Source: Pocillopora damicornis
Taxonomy: Eukaryota
Direction of reading: 5' to 3'
Length of the DNA stretch: 64,000 bases
Assembly: GCF_003704095.1 (NCBI RefSeq)
Contig: NW_020844865.1
Span: 62,001 to 126,000, forward strand
The notes under the pieces were generated by a model. That model saw only the letters and a list, made by a program, of their open reading frames with translations. It did no database searches and was not told where the DNA came from. Shown in pieces: positions 49,401 through 61,787 of the stretch. The position numbers were made by a program, and so were the translations under genes. Positions within the stretch are counted from its first letter, which is position 1. Every line of letters begins with the position of its first letter.

Positions 49401-49977
49401 CAGGTAAACAAACACCGCCTTCGTTCAGCTTAGTCAAAATTTCTCCCGATCTGTTCAAAGAAGCTGAAGAATCTCGCGCTAATTTCACGGAAATGTCTTG
49501 AACGCTACAAGAGCAGGCGAGAGGTACTTCGTCAGCACTTTTACAAGACAGTCGGCTGTTTGAATCAGCATGATGAATACTCTCGTTTTTCGGCGTATGG
49601 TCTTGGCAGACACTTGCGTCGTTGTCAAGTGAAAACTCAGAAGTTGATGGAGATGAAGGAACAGAGAGCGATAATTTCCTAGGCCTAAATGAAGTCATAG
49701 AGACATTTTGTAATGATGGCGGAGCGAGAAACTCTTTCGAATTTCTTCTTATCAAACTTTGTTCAGACATGCTTGTTCGCGCACAAGGTGACAATAAAAC
49801 AGCTGGCACTTCAAGATTATTTTTGTTTGAAAATTCAGCGGCTTTGTTACGTTCTTCGTCGTCTTCTGAAACTTGAATTATGGGCGAGAATAGTGTACGC
49901 GGTATTTCTTTAGAGGCTTCTAATGAAGAATCGTTGAAGAAATGATTGTCTTCTTCCATATCATGATACTCACTCAT
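46419..49977 (-). CDS. Shal/Kv4-family voltage-gated K+ channel subunit with a ~480-aa N-terminal extension, probable regulatory subunit, ~856 aa
   Basis: Exons 49977-47519 and 46847-46739, then a probable terminal acceptor followed directly by TGA (46421-46419); the unspliced form would end FKVR*. Motifs: T1 (LNVSGRRF..YPNTLLGS..FFDRDP), HX5CX20CC, S4 LRVLRILRIFKLLRHS, pore TSTTAGYGD and S6 ALPVPILQFK. Confidence 0.9.
47106..47430. mobile_element. MITE (Harbinger-like TIRs) in intron 1 of the minus-strand Kv gene
   Basis: The left end aggccggcgacacacatg matches the reverse complement of the right end acgccggtgacataccatg. The interior is CpG-rich with repeated atcgc/gcgat motifs. Confidence 0.65.
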
Positions 49978-52900
49978 GTTTGAAATAGTGTTTGATCCCT
50001 GTTGGGGATGCGATTGTAGTCGTTAAATTCTGGTGCTAAAAAAACTCGTAAATAAAACTTTAATAAACCGCATTTTCCAGTTTACTAAATCTTCTTGGCT
50101 CCAGTTTTTTAATCTCTAACGAGAAACGCTCTCCTCTCTCCGCCGTTAAGTTCAAAGTTTGTACCAAATCCAGTAAAGGTTCCAAGACCAGCATTGATGA
50201 GAGCTGTTTCAGTAACTATTCTTTCCCTGTTTCAACTTCCTTTAGGCAAGCGGAGATTTCTGTGTTTGACAAACACAAATCAAATATTGTCTTTAAATTT
50301 CCGCACCTTTGTCAAAATCAACAGATATTTCGTCTGCGTGGAAATTTTTAACACAATTGATGTTTCCAATAACGCTTGTCTCGCATCACATCACTTCCTT
50401 CTTTGCAGAATCCCACGCAACGAAAGAAATGATTCTCGGGCGAACATCGAGAAATACTGCCGATTTATTAAATCACGAGTTTGAAGTCATTAAATAAACA
50501 TCAGTTTGCGCACCTCCAAAGAAAAGAAAACTGCAAAATAACGTAAAAGGAGGCTCTCGGATTCGATGAGTTCGGTAATTTTTTGAAGAATTTGGCTTTC
50601 GATCGATCAATAAGAAAAATTAGCATCCTTTCACAAAACAAAGTGGGTAGACACACTTCCCAGCGGGTCTTTGAAGTAAAGTAATAACAATTTTGAACTC
50701 ACGGAGACACCAACCCAACAAAAACAGAGATAAGCAGTTACAAGTGAGAAGCGATTCTTTAAACTTTAATAAGCCTGGCTTCTATCGTGGAATCTATTCG
50801 GAGCCAGGGTGAGTTTCATAACAATCAACTTCTTTTTAGACAGCAAAAATTCCTGAAATAAAAAACTTAAAATACTCCATTTACAAATGTTTTATGAGCA
50901 GGGATTCTGGTACAAATTTCAATCAAAAACATCTTAATTAACGCACCAATTTTCAGAAGTGAAATTAACCGTAAATAAAACAATGTAAATGGCTTTGAGT
51001 GATGTACGTAAGCAGTAGAAAAAGATCGATGAGTTGATAAGATGGTACCCAACTCAGTGGATGTAAAATTCTTAGACAATAAATTACGGTTAGATAGTTT
51101 TGACATAAATATTCTCTTGGGGTCTATGCGATTTGTCAGAAAAGATCGTTCCATTTGCGCATAGCTAGATACTTGTTCACGGGCAAAAGTTTTCATGTTC
51201 GAAGACAAAACTAAAATGTCTAGATCGTTCGTCCTTAATTTCTTTACGTCCGAGTTTTATTTACAGGTTTTTATTAGGTTTGTGATAAGGAAATAAATTT
51301 TTTTCAGAGTATAACACCTTTTGTAATTAATTTTTGTGGAGATTAGCTCAAGAATATATCATTTCTATCCCTTCTCAACCAAACGAAACATCTAAGACTT
51401 AACAAGTTGAAAAACAAATACGTACTGTTACAAATGGACTATTCAAACATAAATTTCTCCTTAATTTACGAGCCGATAAGAATCGCACTTTCATAAACAA
51501 AGCTCGATATTGTCGCGTTGTCTAAAACGTCTTCCCTGCAATGAGGGGAAACAAGGGCGCTTGGTAATAAATAGGATTCATTGTAGTGTTCGTCATAACG
51601 TGGCTTAAGTTTATCGCATCCAGGCTTGAGTTAATGAAATAATTTTGTCTAGACATTGTTTGGCTACTTTTTGAAACTGTGATTATGCCATTTGCCTTAT
51701 TTAATAAAAGCAATCTTCTCTTCCACGAGAGGACAAATGTTTCTATTAAAGGAAAGCTGTCAAATAAGATATAAGACGAAGTGATCTCAGATTAAACTCG
51801 AATGTCTTTGGATGGTTTCAAAATGTTCAATAAAACGTTCCCTGTGGTTGAAGGTCAAGGAAATCATCCTAAAATAAATTCACTGACGTCATTCTAGTTA
51901 TCTACCGCTAACCGTCTCGATTTTAAGGCCTTTGACTTGGTTTTTGACAGAAACTTTGACAATGTTTACTTCAAGCGTCACTTCGAAAGAAAAGGCTTTA
52001 ATATAACTCTCTAGCTTTTCAGAAAAAATGCTCGAGAAAGAAAATTCCTCACTAGTGAGGGTGGAGACTAATTTTAATTCCAAAAAATTTAAATGATAAC
52101 GATGTTGTCGATTTTCTCTGGTTTAGGCGGCGACATCATATAGCACCCTAGCACAACGTTGGGTTCTTTACTTACGCCCTCGCATCATTCTTCAAATCAA
52201 AACTTTCTTCTATGAAATACAGGCAAGCTTCCGATATATACTTTTCACTTGTACTGTGATAACGCCGACCACTGCGCTCTGATTGATTGCCAAGAGTTTA
52301 TTTGTGGCCTCAAGTCACTGCGTAAACACTAGCGTGCGATCTTGCTATGAACCTCGCCAAAATGGTATGTAGTTAGAAATGACCCTTGAAGATAACACTC
52401 CTTTAAATAAACAAAGAAAATATAAGGCTCGTACAATCTATTTGGAATTTATTCATGAAAATACTTTGTTTGCATTATTCGTTCTCTCATAAAATTTACA
52501 TCTATACTTCTTTTATTAAGCGTTAGCCATATATAAGACAGTTATTTACCAACGACTTATTTATCAACAAGGATACTTGTGTCACCTCACAGAAATTGAT
52601 AATTCAACACAACGAAAGACGTCGTGGGTAGAAAAAGTTACATATACAATAGTCACTGCTTCCCTTTTCCTTCTCATCAATTCAAAGTTTGCTACAATGT
52701 ACTGAGAGTTAAATTTGGAACTGGAAATGAAAGCAAGATAGTGCAGAGTGACAAACTCATGTCCAAACAAGGAACCATAGTCATCTCAAAATGTATGAAA
52801 ATTCAATGTCATTACTTTTGTTGGGTAAATACTTAGTTTTCAATTGTTTTTGTAAGGCATTAACCAATTTTTCCGAGAAATTATCTAACCTTAATTATCA

Positions 52901-53016
52901 AGGTGTGCGAGGAACAATGACAAGTCCCCTAAAAAACCTCATAATGCCGCATTCAACTCCTAATCTCTCAGCAACCGAAAAACTAAGTCACCCTGTAGAA
53001 GACAGCCCAGCGACTA

Positions 53017-56000
53017 TCAGCAGATAGTATTCCCTCCATATGTTCTTTGATCGTCACTGTTAATCAAAATTGGCGTTGTCTCCTCACTCATATTTTTACT
53101 GATAAAATACTTTCTGATTCTCTTCTGTTCAATAAAACCACTTTTTGGAAATTGTCTGTTTCTACACATGACGTACTGAACGAAGCAACCGAGAAATGAC
53201 AAGAAGACCCAGGCTGCAGACAAGATGTAATCTAGGAAGAACAACAATAGGTATACCATTACATTTTATGCAATGAAATTTTCACATTCGAAGCTTAGGG
53301 CGCAGACCATTCCACAACGGTTCTTTAGGCGAGGCAAGATTACTCACCATTTCGCTGGAAAGGCCTCGTAACATTTATATGATCGCGCCGATACTGTGGC
53401 TTGGTAGCATGAAGAATGACATCGATCACTATAAAGGAAATACTTGTGTGGATGAAGAAATCAATACCTAGAAAAACCAAGTCATTCAAAGAATTAGTAA
53501 CAAGATATCATTTGTCTATTGATAACTGTTGATTATGCACAACACGATGGTCAATTGAAACAGCAATCGTAAAACTTAGACTATCCAACTGGAGATCCCC
53601 AAGCCTAAATATCTGAAATTTTGAGATTGGAGTCATTCAAATTCCATCAATACCATGTTCCCGGAGGAAAGAGGAGTTTAACCCTTTAACTCCCAAGATT
53701 TAATAAGTAATTCTCCTTACTGTCTGCCATACAATTTATGTTATGTTAGTTTGGAGAAATTGGAATTGGATCAACTAATAATCCCCTTTCTGTATTCTCA
53801 TTACTTGTCTGCTTGATATCATACTGATAATGTAAGGAGAAATTCTGTTTAGGTCACTAGTGGAACTTAAAGGGTTAAGCACTTCACCATAATCACCACA
53901 CTGTTTTGGAAAATGAATAAATTAACTCAGCCATGATTTCCATTTTCCACACATTGTTAACTTTTGTTACATCCACTAATACTTTCTCCATCCCATTCAC
54001 CAACTGAGGTACTTAGGAAAAGGTTATCATTGCTTTTGTGTGATAGATTTTTAAATGAATGTGTAATTAAATCATGCTAACCACAGATACTCATACTGGA
54101 TATGTGACACATGGTAAGGGCATTGAAACAAGTAATATGCATACTTACCTACAATAAAAGCATACGCAGACACAATGGAAGTGTAAAGAACACAGAGCTG
54201 GGGAGTAAAATTCAACATCTATCAGCTTCAGTTTAGGAATTCTATTAAAAGCCTTGAGTGTAAAATTGCAGAAAAAATGACTCCACCCTGGCATTAATGG
54301 TAAACACTGTAACACTGAACATTAAGATTACACAAACATTTGTAGGCTTGTTCTGACACCAATTACTATAGAGTGAGCAAGGTTATTTGATGAGTTGTTT
54401 CTACACAAAAAGTTATGCTATATCAACAAGAAAAGGGAATACTTATGACAAAAGAACAAAATCACTGGTTACAGTGCCACTAGAAAAGTGCTGACATTTG
54501 AAGTGTAAGTTCTTCAAACAAAGAGAAAAAAACTTAATGATGGATGATTGACCTCAAAATTGGTTAACACCTGCCTCATAAAACTATGGACATCAAGTAG
54601 GATGATACCCCACATGAAGACAATCAAATATTACAGACTTCTTTACTTAGCAGTAATAATTGAGCAGAAAATTTCTTGACAAAGATTTTACATACAAATA
54701 AAAAATGTGCTCCATTCCCAACATGTACATTCCTTTCTCAAATAACTTCAAACTGCCCTTCTATAAGCTTTCCGCTAAATAACACACCATGTCATTACAG
54801 TACTAAGAGTGCTGTCCTTACCAGAAAAGGCCAAAGTAACAAAATCACTGGAAATACTAGAGTACATGCACAGACGATGGCCCCATAGTCAAAGTCACTG
54901 CCTTTAACAAAGTCCAGGTCCCCTGAAATTGCAAAATAGACTGGCTTTAATAGTTATTCAGAATCAAAATAATAAGTCAATAAGAATTTTTGCTGAGCAC
55001 TTGTATTGTGATACTCCAATGTATAGGCACATGAGTGATTACATTTAAGTTGTTAAGTTTAGGCATGACACAGTAGCTAATGTACAAATAGCTCATTTTT
55101 CCACTACCTTTTGGATCAGGAGGAGAATATTTTAAAAGCAGTAAATGCAATTATTTTCAGTAGAGACCTGATGACAAAAAGCTCAGCTTCTGTCACTCAG
55201 CATTTGTTCTCTGTGCTTGAACTTTCTACAGATTAACACATAAAAAAACCAACTTAACCTCTCTACTCACCAAATGGTGTGAACAGTAGTGTTGCTCCAA
55301 TCAAGAAACCAAGGAGCAATGAATTGAACAGGAGACAAATCTTTGTCCACTCTGTAAACCACCACAAAGCAAACAACAACAAACCAAAAACTACACCTAA
55401 CCCAGCACTTGTCAGCATTGTACCTGATAAATTAATTGAAAAAAAAAAAAAAAGGTACATGTTAAAAAGGAAAATAATTATGAACAAAATTTTTTGGCTC
55501 ATGAATTGTTTCATGACCCGTGAATAAGTGATTGTCAGCATTTCACAAGTATTTAATTAAACAGGAAAAAAATCTATGAACAGACACAGAACTCATGTTA
55601 AGTAAGGATGAAACATATTCAGGTATTTTTAGGTAAGGTAAAGCCTCCTATCAACTTAGACCAATATTTAAACTCAGGGCACCCTACATACCAAGATGAC
55701 TTAAGTTACTGTTGGCATCGATGATGATGAAGAATATGATGGAAAAATTTGCAAGTCCTCCAAAAAATAAGGCTGAAAAAAAAAAAATGAGATGCTGGTG
55801 AATAGGAACTTTTGATTTTTGTTAGTGGTAAGAATTCCAGTGTGTGCTTCAAAACAGTTATGAAAAATACCTAAATGAGAGCTGTACACTACCATGCAAA
55901 CAGGGCTGTAAAAAAGCCAAACGGCTCTGTGAACAGTCCTGCAGGAAGCAAAATGTGAGAAGCAAGGAGGAAAGAAAAAGGGCTGTTGTCATATCATGAT

Positions 56001-59000
56001 AAAATGCTCCCTGCCAGAGTTAGGTCAGTCGCCTAATGGAAGATATTTGACTCTTAGTCATGACCTTGAGCCAAACATTTAGCCATTTGTCCTTCCCACT
56101 CTTCCAATAAGTTAATGCAATTATTATTACAATTGTAGTTAAAGAATAACTGTTTGAATGAAAAGCACCCAAGGATAGAAAAACCTAGCTATCTTTGGGG
56201 GCTAAGTCCCATATAAAATAATATGGGAAGGAAGGAGCCTTGCAATTGAGATGAGGTGTACAGTAAGTTTTCAGTCTATTACTTGAGGGACACAAATGTA
56301 AACCCTTTCTACTATTTTTCTTCTTTCAGGCTGTTTCATTTTTTTCACTTAAGTTCCTGGATAGCACAAAAACAAAACATATTATAATTGGAAATATCTC
56401 ACAATTATAATTTGTCAAATGACACTGATAATGGAGCAAATTAGTCAGACTAAAAATTTCAACAAAAAATTTCAATAAAGTGAGTTGCACTGAGTGGAAA
56501 TCTGCTACAAAAACATACAAAAAAACTAAACTTTACATGGAGTCCAAGTAATCACTAACTTGTATTTTTATAGTGCTTAATTTTAAGCAGATCAATATCA
56601 GTTTCAGCCATTTCTTTGAGAAAACTTTGTCTAAAAAACAGCTTAAAATAGTGTCTTAGCTTTGGTGAGAATGGTGCATAAAACTTTTCACCAAAAGCAG
56701 AGTTATTTGATACACAAGAAACATTATTGTTACTCACTGAATTTGAAGAGCCGAAACCCAAAGAAACAAAAGATTAACCCAATCAAACTTCCTGTGACAG
56801 CAAATACAGCATCAACAACACCAACTGTAAAACAAACAGTCAACACACTACTTTTCACCCTTTTTTAACATAAATGTAGTTTTATGTATTTAACTCTGAT
56901 ATTTTAGGAATAAAAAGACATCAGTAACGATTTTATGAAGACAAATCATAATCACAAAGAAAATCTAAGTTCCTTGTAAAGATTTGAACCTCTGCCGGTT
57001 CCAGTGTTGAGGGTAAGAACCTGTGAAGACCTGATGTTGAGCAAATGTATTGAAAGCTACCCGTAACAAAAGATTTCCAAATTTTAATGTCAAAACATGA
57101 TGTGACTAAGGACTGAAACCAATGCATTGTAAATGTGCACTAAACGAGAAGTACATGCTTCAGAAACCATATAACTTGAATCTCACATTTAGAAAAATAT
57201 GTATGAAATAGTGACACTGACTAAGATTTGAGAGTCCAGAGTAACCACCCAAAACAGCCTTACATATACAGCTACAGCACTATTTTTTGTTTTGAAAATA
57301 ATGGTGTCCATACACAAGTCTTGAGCTCATTTGAAGATAAATTTTAAATGGTTGGAGTACTCTTTCCAATCTCAAAAGTGTACTTTTCATAGTGGAGATA
57401 TTAACCCTTCAACTCCCAGAGGTGATTAACGTAAAACTTCTCCCTACAATATCCATACATTCTTCAGCAAACAGGTAATGAGAATATTCAAACTTATCAG
57501 GTAGAAGCTGCTATCTTGATCTAGCACCAAGTTCTCATAACTAATTTACAAGAAAATGTGTAGCAGCCAAAGGGGAGAATTTACAATCAGATCTTGGGAG
57601 TTAAAGGGTTAAGTATTATTAGTTCCTGTAGCATGATTCTCCTTTAGTTGTGACTTACGCCTGAGATAATTAGGAGCGTAGATTACTGCTGGTGAGTATG
57701 CAGCCTCCATGTTGGTAACTGGATCATACACTATAACATTGTACACAACACCTTGGCCAACTTGGTGAGTATCAAATTTTGCCACAGGAAGTGTTGGTGC
57801 TTTCAGAGAGGCCATCTGCAAGGGAGGTAACAACAATATTTCATGCCCGATGTTTTTACTAATTGCTTCTTTGGCCTTAAACATTTGGTCCTAGTGATGC
57901 TTTTGCTCCTTTGAAGAAGTTGTAAATAAGGAAATGACTACACTTCTCATTGGTTTAGAGCTAACAGTATGGCTGGAATTATGAGGTGAGTGCATGGCGT
58001 AGTTCTGATGAAAATCAGCTTTCAAATGAGGAGTTTGAATATAATTGGTTAATCACCAGAGGTCAAGAATACCAAATCCTTTTGTAAAACAGTTTTGTTA
58101 CAGTCACCTTTATTTGAAAGACTTCTAGATGTATGCAACTTGCTGATAAACAATACTATTCAAGCTGCAAAAAGGTGATACTACACAGTCATACAATTCA
58201 AACTCAAATTCTGTGCAGAAAAGTAAAGGCGGCAAACATTGGTAAATGAACATTGTACCAATTTCATCTAGTTTGCAATGAGCCAGCTGGAAACTTTGAA
58301 GTCAATATATTTTACATAAATTATAAATAAAAGAATCTGACCTTTTTTCCATTGGTTTTGATAACAGCTGGATAAGCCATTTTTTGCAATCCCTTAAAGA
58401 AAGTGTCCTCTGATGTATCCCCTTCTTCAAGAAACATAAGATAGATATCATACTCCAGACGATAATGTTCTGGTGACTTCTCTGGATGAATTTTATTCCC
58501 ATCACATGGTACAGAACTAGAATTCTCAGACCTGTGGAAAAAGAAACACAGGGAAAAAAGAAAGAAATAATTCATCAATTCAGAGTGTGTATTGATCTGA
58601 CTCAAACTTAAGAGGTATTAGTCACAATGTTAGTCACATATATTATACAAAGTTGCAGGGTAGTGAAATAATGTGACTGACCAAAGATGAAAAGAAAAAA
58701 AATCCCTTTGTTCCATTACAGATTTGATATCTTGTTATCAGTTGAAAGTAACCAGTGATTCTTCCTAAACCCACCAAAAATATTACTTGAGGGTATACAA
58801 ATAAAAAGCCATGTCAGGTTTCTACACCATGTATTGCCAAATGTATGCTCTTATAAGTAATCTAACCTACCTTTTATAGTACACATTAGCATATGCAAAG
58901 GTTACATTAGTTTCCACTCTATCATAGGATATGACCAGATTTGGATCAAATTCCATGTTACAAGTGAGGCAGCAACCACCAGGGAATGGAGCTGGAATTA

Positions 59001-61474
59001 AGATAAGACATACATATAGCAAAAGATCTTTTGTTAATATCAACAATAAAAACAAAATTATGGTATACTTCTTAAAATGTAAATAAAGTGGACAGATTCT
59101 CTACTTAAATGGAAACAAGGCTCCAGAAAAAGATACCTTAGCTGAAATTTCATCATGATGCTATTGATAAAATAGATTCCATTTGTTTCAATGTTTTTTC
59201 TCATTAAAGAGAGAGCATCACAAACTACTTGTAGCTATAAGAAACATCTTTTTCCACTGCCAAGCTGACATCTTGAATTTGTGACTTGATAGTGAAGCCC
59301 TCATATCGTCTTAGACTACAGCTTATTTTTAATGGTTTTAAGAGGAGGGGGACTGGAGAGGTCTGTAGTTGTAACAGTTAATGTTACAGTTAAAAAAAAA
59401 GTACCATGAATGGAATTTTGAATACATAGTACAGTTAAAGAAATCATACTGCCGTTTAAAAAGATCTACCTTCAAAGGAATGAGAGGGGATAACTTGGCA
59501 AGCTGTCAATAACCTAAATCTGTTTAATTATTTTTTCCAGTGTTTTTCATTCATTTGTTTTGATGTATAGGATATTGCTATCCTCCTGCAACCACATTTT
59601 CTATACCTTTCACCTTCAAGATCTGAATACCAGAGTGATTCTCCAAACTATTTGTCATTCATCACCTATATTTTTAGACCTAAAAATTTGGTGATAATTC
59701 AAACAATATCCCCCAGTTCATGTTCATTTTTTTTCACTTCACATCACCTTCCTACTTGAAAATGTAAGTAAATTGTGAGGATAAATTCATGCTTGATTAC
59801 TTATTGGAGTGAATGGGTTAACAAAACCCTAATTAGGGGGTTCGCTTCTGTACTGGGATACATTCCTGATTTAGTTATCCAGTTGCTGTGTTGTTTCATG
59901 GTAAAATTAATACAATAAAATAAAGCTTTACTACAACGTTATCCCTGCAATCTAAACAGCACTACATAAAAACAACTCACCTCCATAGACATATGGAACT
60001 GAGATGATGTCAACATTAAAGGAGTCATCATTACTCTCTGACTTCAAATAAAAGTGATAATCTGTAAATAACCTTTTTATTGGACACAGAACTGCAACAC
60101 CTTGTCCTGTATCTGTTTCATCGTATTTAAAAATAGGATTGAGAGACAATGTCACGTTGTTTTGCTGCGCATGTACTTGGATAATTGCATATCTCCAGGA
60201 TCTCTCAACTTTATTATGTTGGAGTTCCATGTCCCATGTTACATGTGGTCTAAGTCGCAATCTTTTTCCTCTGTTTGGTTGAAGATGAAACGCAGTATTG
60301 CCTGCAGGGACTAACAAAAGTCATGATTCTTAGTTTCTCTTTTCTATGTAAACTGTGAATTGTTAATAAAGCATGACCTGTAAAAGTATTTGCATACAAT
60401 CTTGTATACATCATGTAATCAGAACACTGACTAAAAGACAATGTGATTAAATCTCCAGAGTCGACAAAGGGGGGGAATATTGGGGTCTATTAGAAACCAC
60501 AAAACTGTAGGAAAATCATCTAAAACCGCAAAACTGCAAAAAAATATCAAAACCAAAAACCACATTAAATTCTCCTTGTCTTTCCCCTCTTCATAAAAAA
60601 AACTCAACACAACCCACAATTGCTTCTGGAGGTTCTTGAGTTTCTTCCACTGCTGGTGAGTCAGGTATGTTGGAAGCCATGGGTTGCAAACTGATTGACC
60701 TAAGTGCTCCAAATTGCAATGCCAAAGTCTCAGGCATTATTCAAGATGTGCGACCCCTTAAGGATCCCTGCAACATTTAACCTATTTGAAGTTATTTTAG
60801 TGACATTTGGTTTGTCACACATTCCTCTAAATAAGATTTACATTTTGCAGCTATAACATTGTAAACTTATGGGAAACTGCTCAAAAGAACACAGAATTAA
60901 ACGAAGTTCTGACTAGAATCATAATGAAACAGTTTATTAAATCAGATGACAAGCACACACATCAGATGACAACCACACATGCAATTCCATAAATAGAAAC
61001 AAACCGAATAGAAAGCTGTTTGATTCGGTGAACAAATAATTAAGACTCCACAAATGCCTATTGTTTGTTACATCAGATCCGTTGATCCTACCCCTTTTTA
61101 TACAAATGCAGATAAAGCTGTCTGCTATAGTAAATTGAAATTATGTTATCTTATGTTATCTTCTTATGTCATCATTTTCTTAAGTTTCAATCTCGACGAC
61201 ATTCTGTACGTAATTTTCGGTGAGAAGACAAAACGTTCTGTATACAAGCCCAAATTAGGTACTTCATGAATAAAAATCTGACCATAAAAGTGAAACAAGG
61301 TAGTGTGGCATAGTGGTTAGGCTTGACAGGGAATATTTTCTTAATAAATTAAAGTTTGCGCGTCGAAACTCCACAAGTACAAAATCACGCAGATCTCTTA
61401 CCTGCAAATTCGTGTGAAAGGATGCATACTACAGGGAGGATAAATAATAAAATAGCTTTCTTTTCTTGTGACAT
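53017..61474 (-). CDS. TM7SF3: Transmembrane 7 superfamily member 3 (555 aa)
   Basis: Twelve phase-consistent exons: 61474-61402, 60301-59981, 58991-58871, 58531-58342, 57815-57659, 56824-56738, 55772-55692, 55423-55271, 54922-54822, 54197-54149, 53467-53348 and 53231-53017. Features: signal peptide, QVHAQ..NVTLS, PGGC....DPN, RLEYDIY, GQGVVYNVIVYDP, CFFGFR, seven TM segments and C-terminal EETTPIL. Confidence 0.92.
53678..53878. mobile_element. TTAA-flanked MITE (piggyBac-like CCCT termini)
   Basis: Ends ttaaccctttaactcc ... ggaacttaaagggttaa form inverted termini. Related copies occur elsewhere in the window. Confidence 0.85.
56000..56110. repeat. Degenerate interspersed repeat fragment
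   Basis: gaagatatttgactcttagtcatgaccttgagccaaacattt...cccactc..caataag is an imperfect palindrome resembling a common coral repeat recalled from memory. Confidence 0.4.
57401..57612. mobile_element. TTAA-flanked MITE, same family as 53678, opposite orientation
   Basis: Ends ttaacccttcaactccca ... tgggagttaaagggttaa form near-perfect 18-bp inverted termini including TTAA. Confidence 0.88.
59603..59822. mobile_element. Degenerate copy of the TTAA MITE family
   Basis: acctttcaccttcaagatct...gattctcc...aaattcatgcttgattacttattggagtgaatgggttaa parallels the copy at 53678. Confidence 0.6.
60941..60980. repeat. 20-bp tandem duplication
   Basis: atcagatgacaagcacacac followed by atcagatgacaaccacacat. 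Confidence 0.8.
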
Positions 61475-61787
61475 CGACAAAACCTTAAAGGATCTTCAAA
61501 GATGATAATTCCAAGACTTATCACACAAGAAACATAGAACACAACATCACGCTCTGTTCGACATTTGTTTTCTGTTTTCACTTACCGCACGGAATGCTGG
61601 GATAGTATCATGCTGCATGTGAAAGAGGCTGGTATACCCAACTGTGATTGGCTGGAGATCAACGGAAAACAAGTTTTTCAAACTGTTCAGCATTCACGAT
61701 CAAGAGCACGTTGGTTCGAACCCCCTTTTGAAAATCAGTGGTTCTCTTGCGATCTGCGGCAGATGCACTGAGATCTACGGTTGAATA
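61475..61787. promoter_or_regulatory. Bidirectional promoter TM7SF3/FoxM with CCAAT and CHR-like elements
   Basis: Only 314 bp separate the divergent ATGs. ATTGG at 61647-61651, TTCAAA at 61677-61682, TTCGAA at 61715-61720 and TTTGAA at 61727-61732. Confidence 0.65.

Noticed and set aside
47606-49913. Numerous plus-strand ORFs over the Kv exon (and similar ones over PEX3, the RASSF-like gene and the GPCR)
   Set aside because: Antisense or alternate-frame shadows of real coding exons.
60431-60712. 93-aa minus ORF as an extra TM7SF3 exon
   Set aside because: Exons 1 and 2 already join in phase, the ORF overlaps an A-rich repeat fragment, and it has no convincing splice sites.
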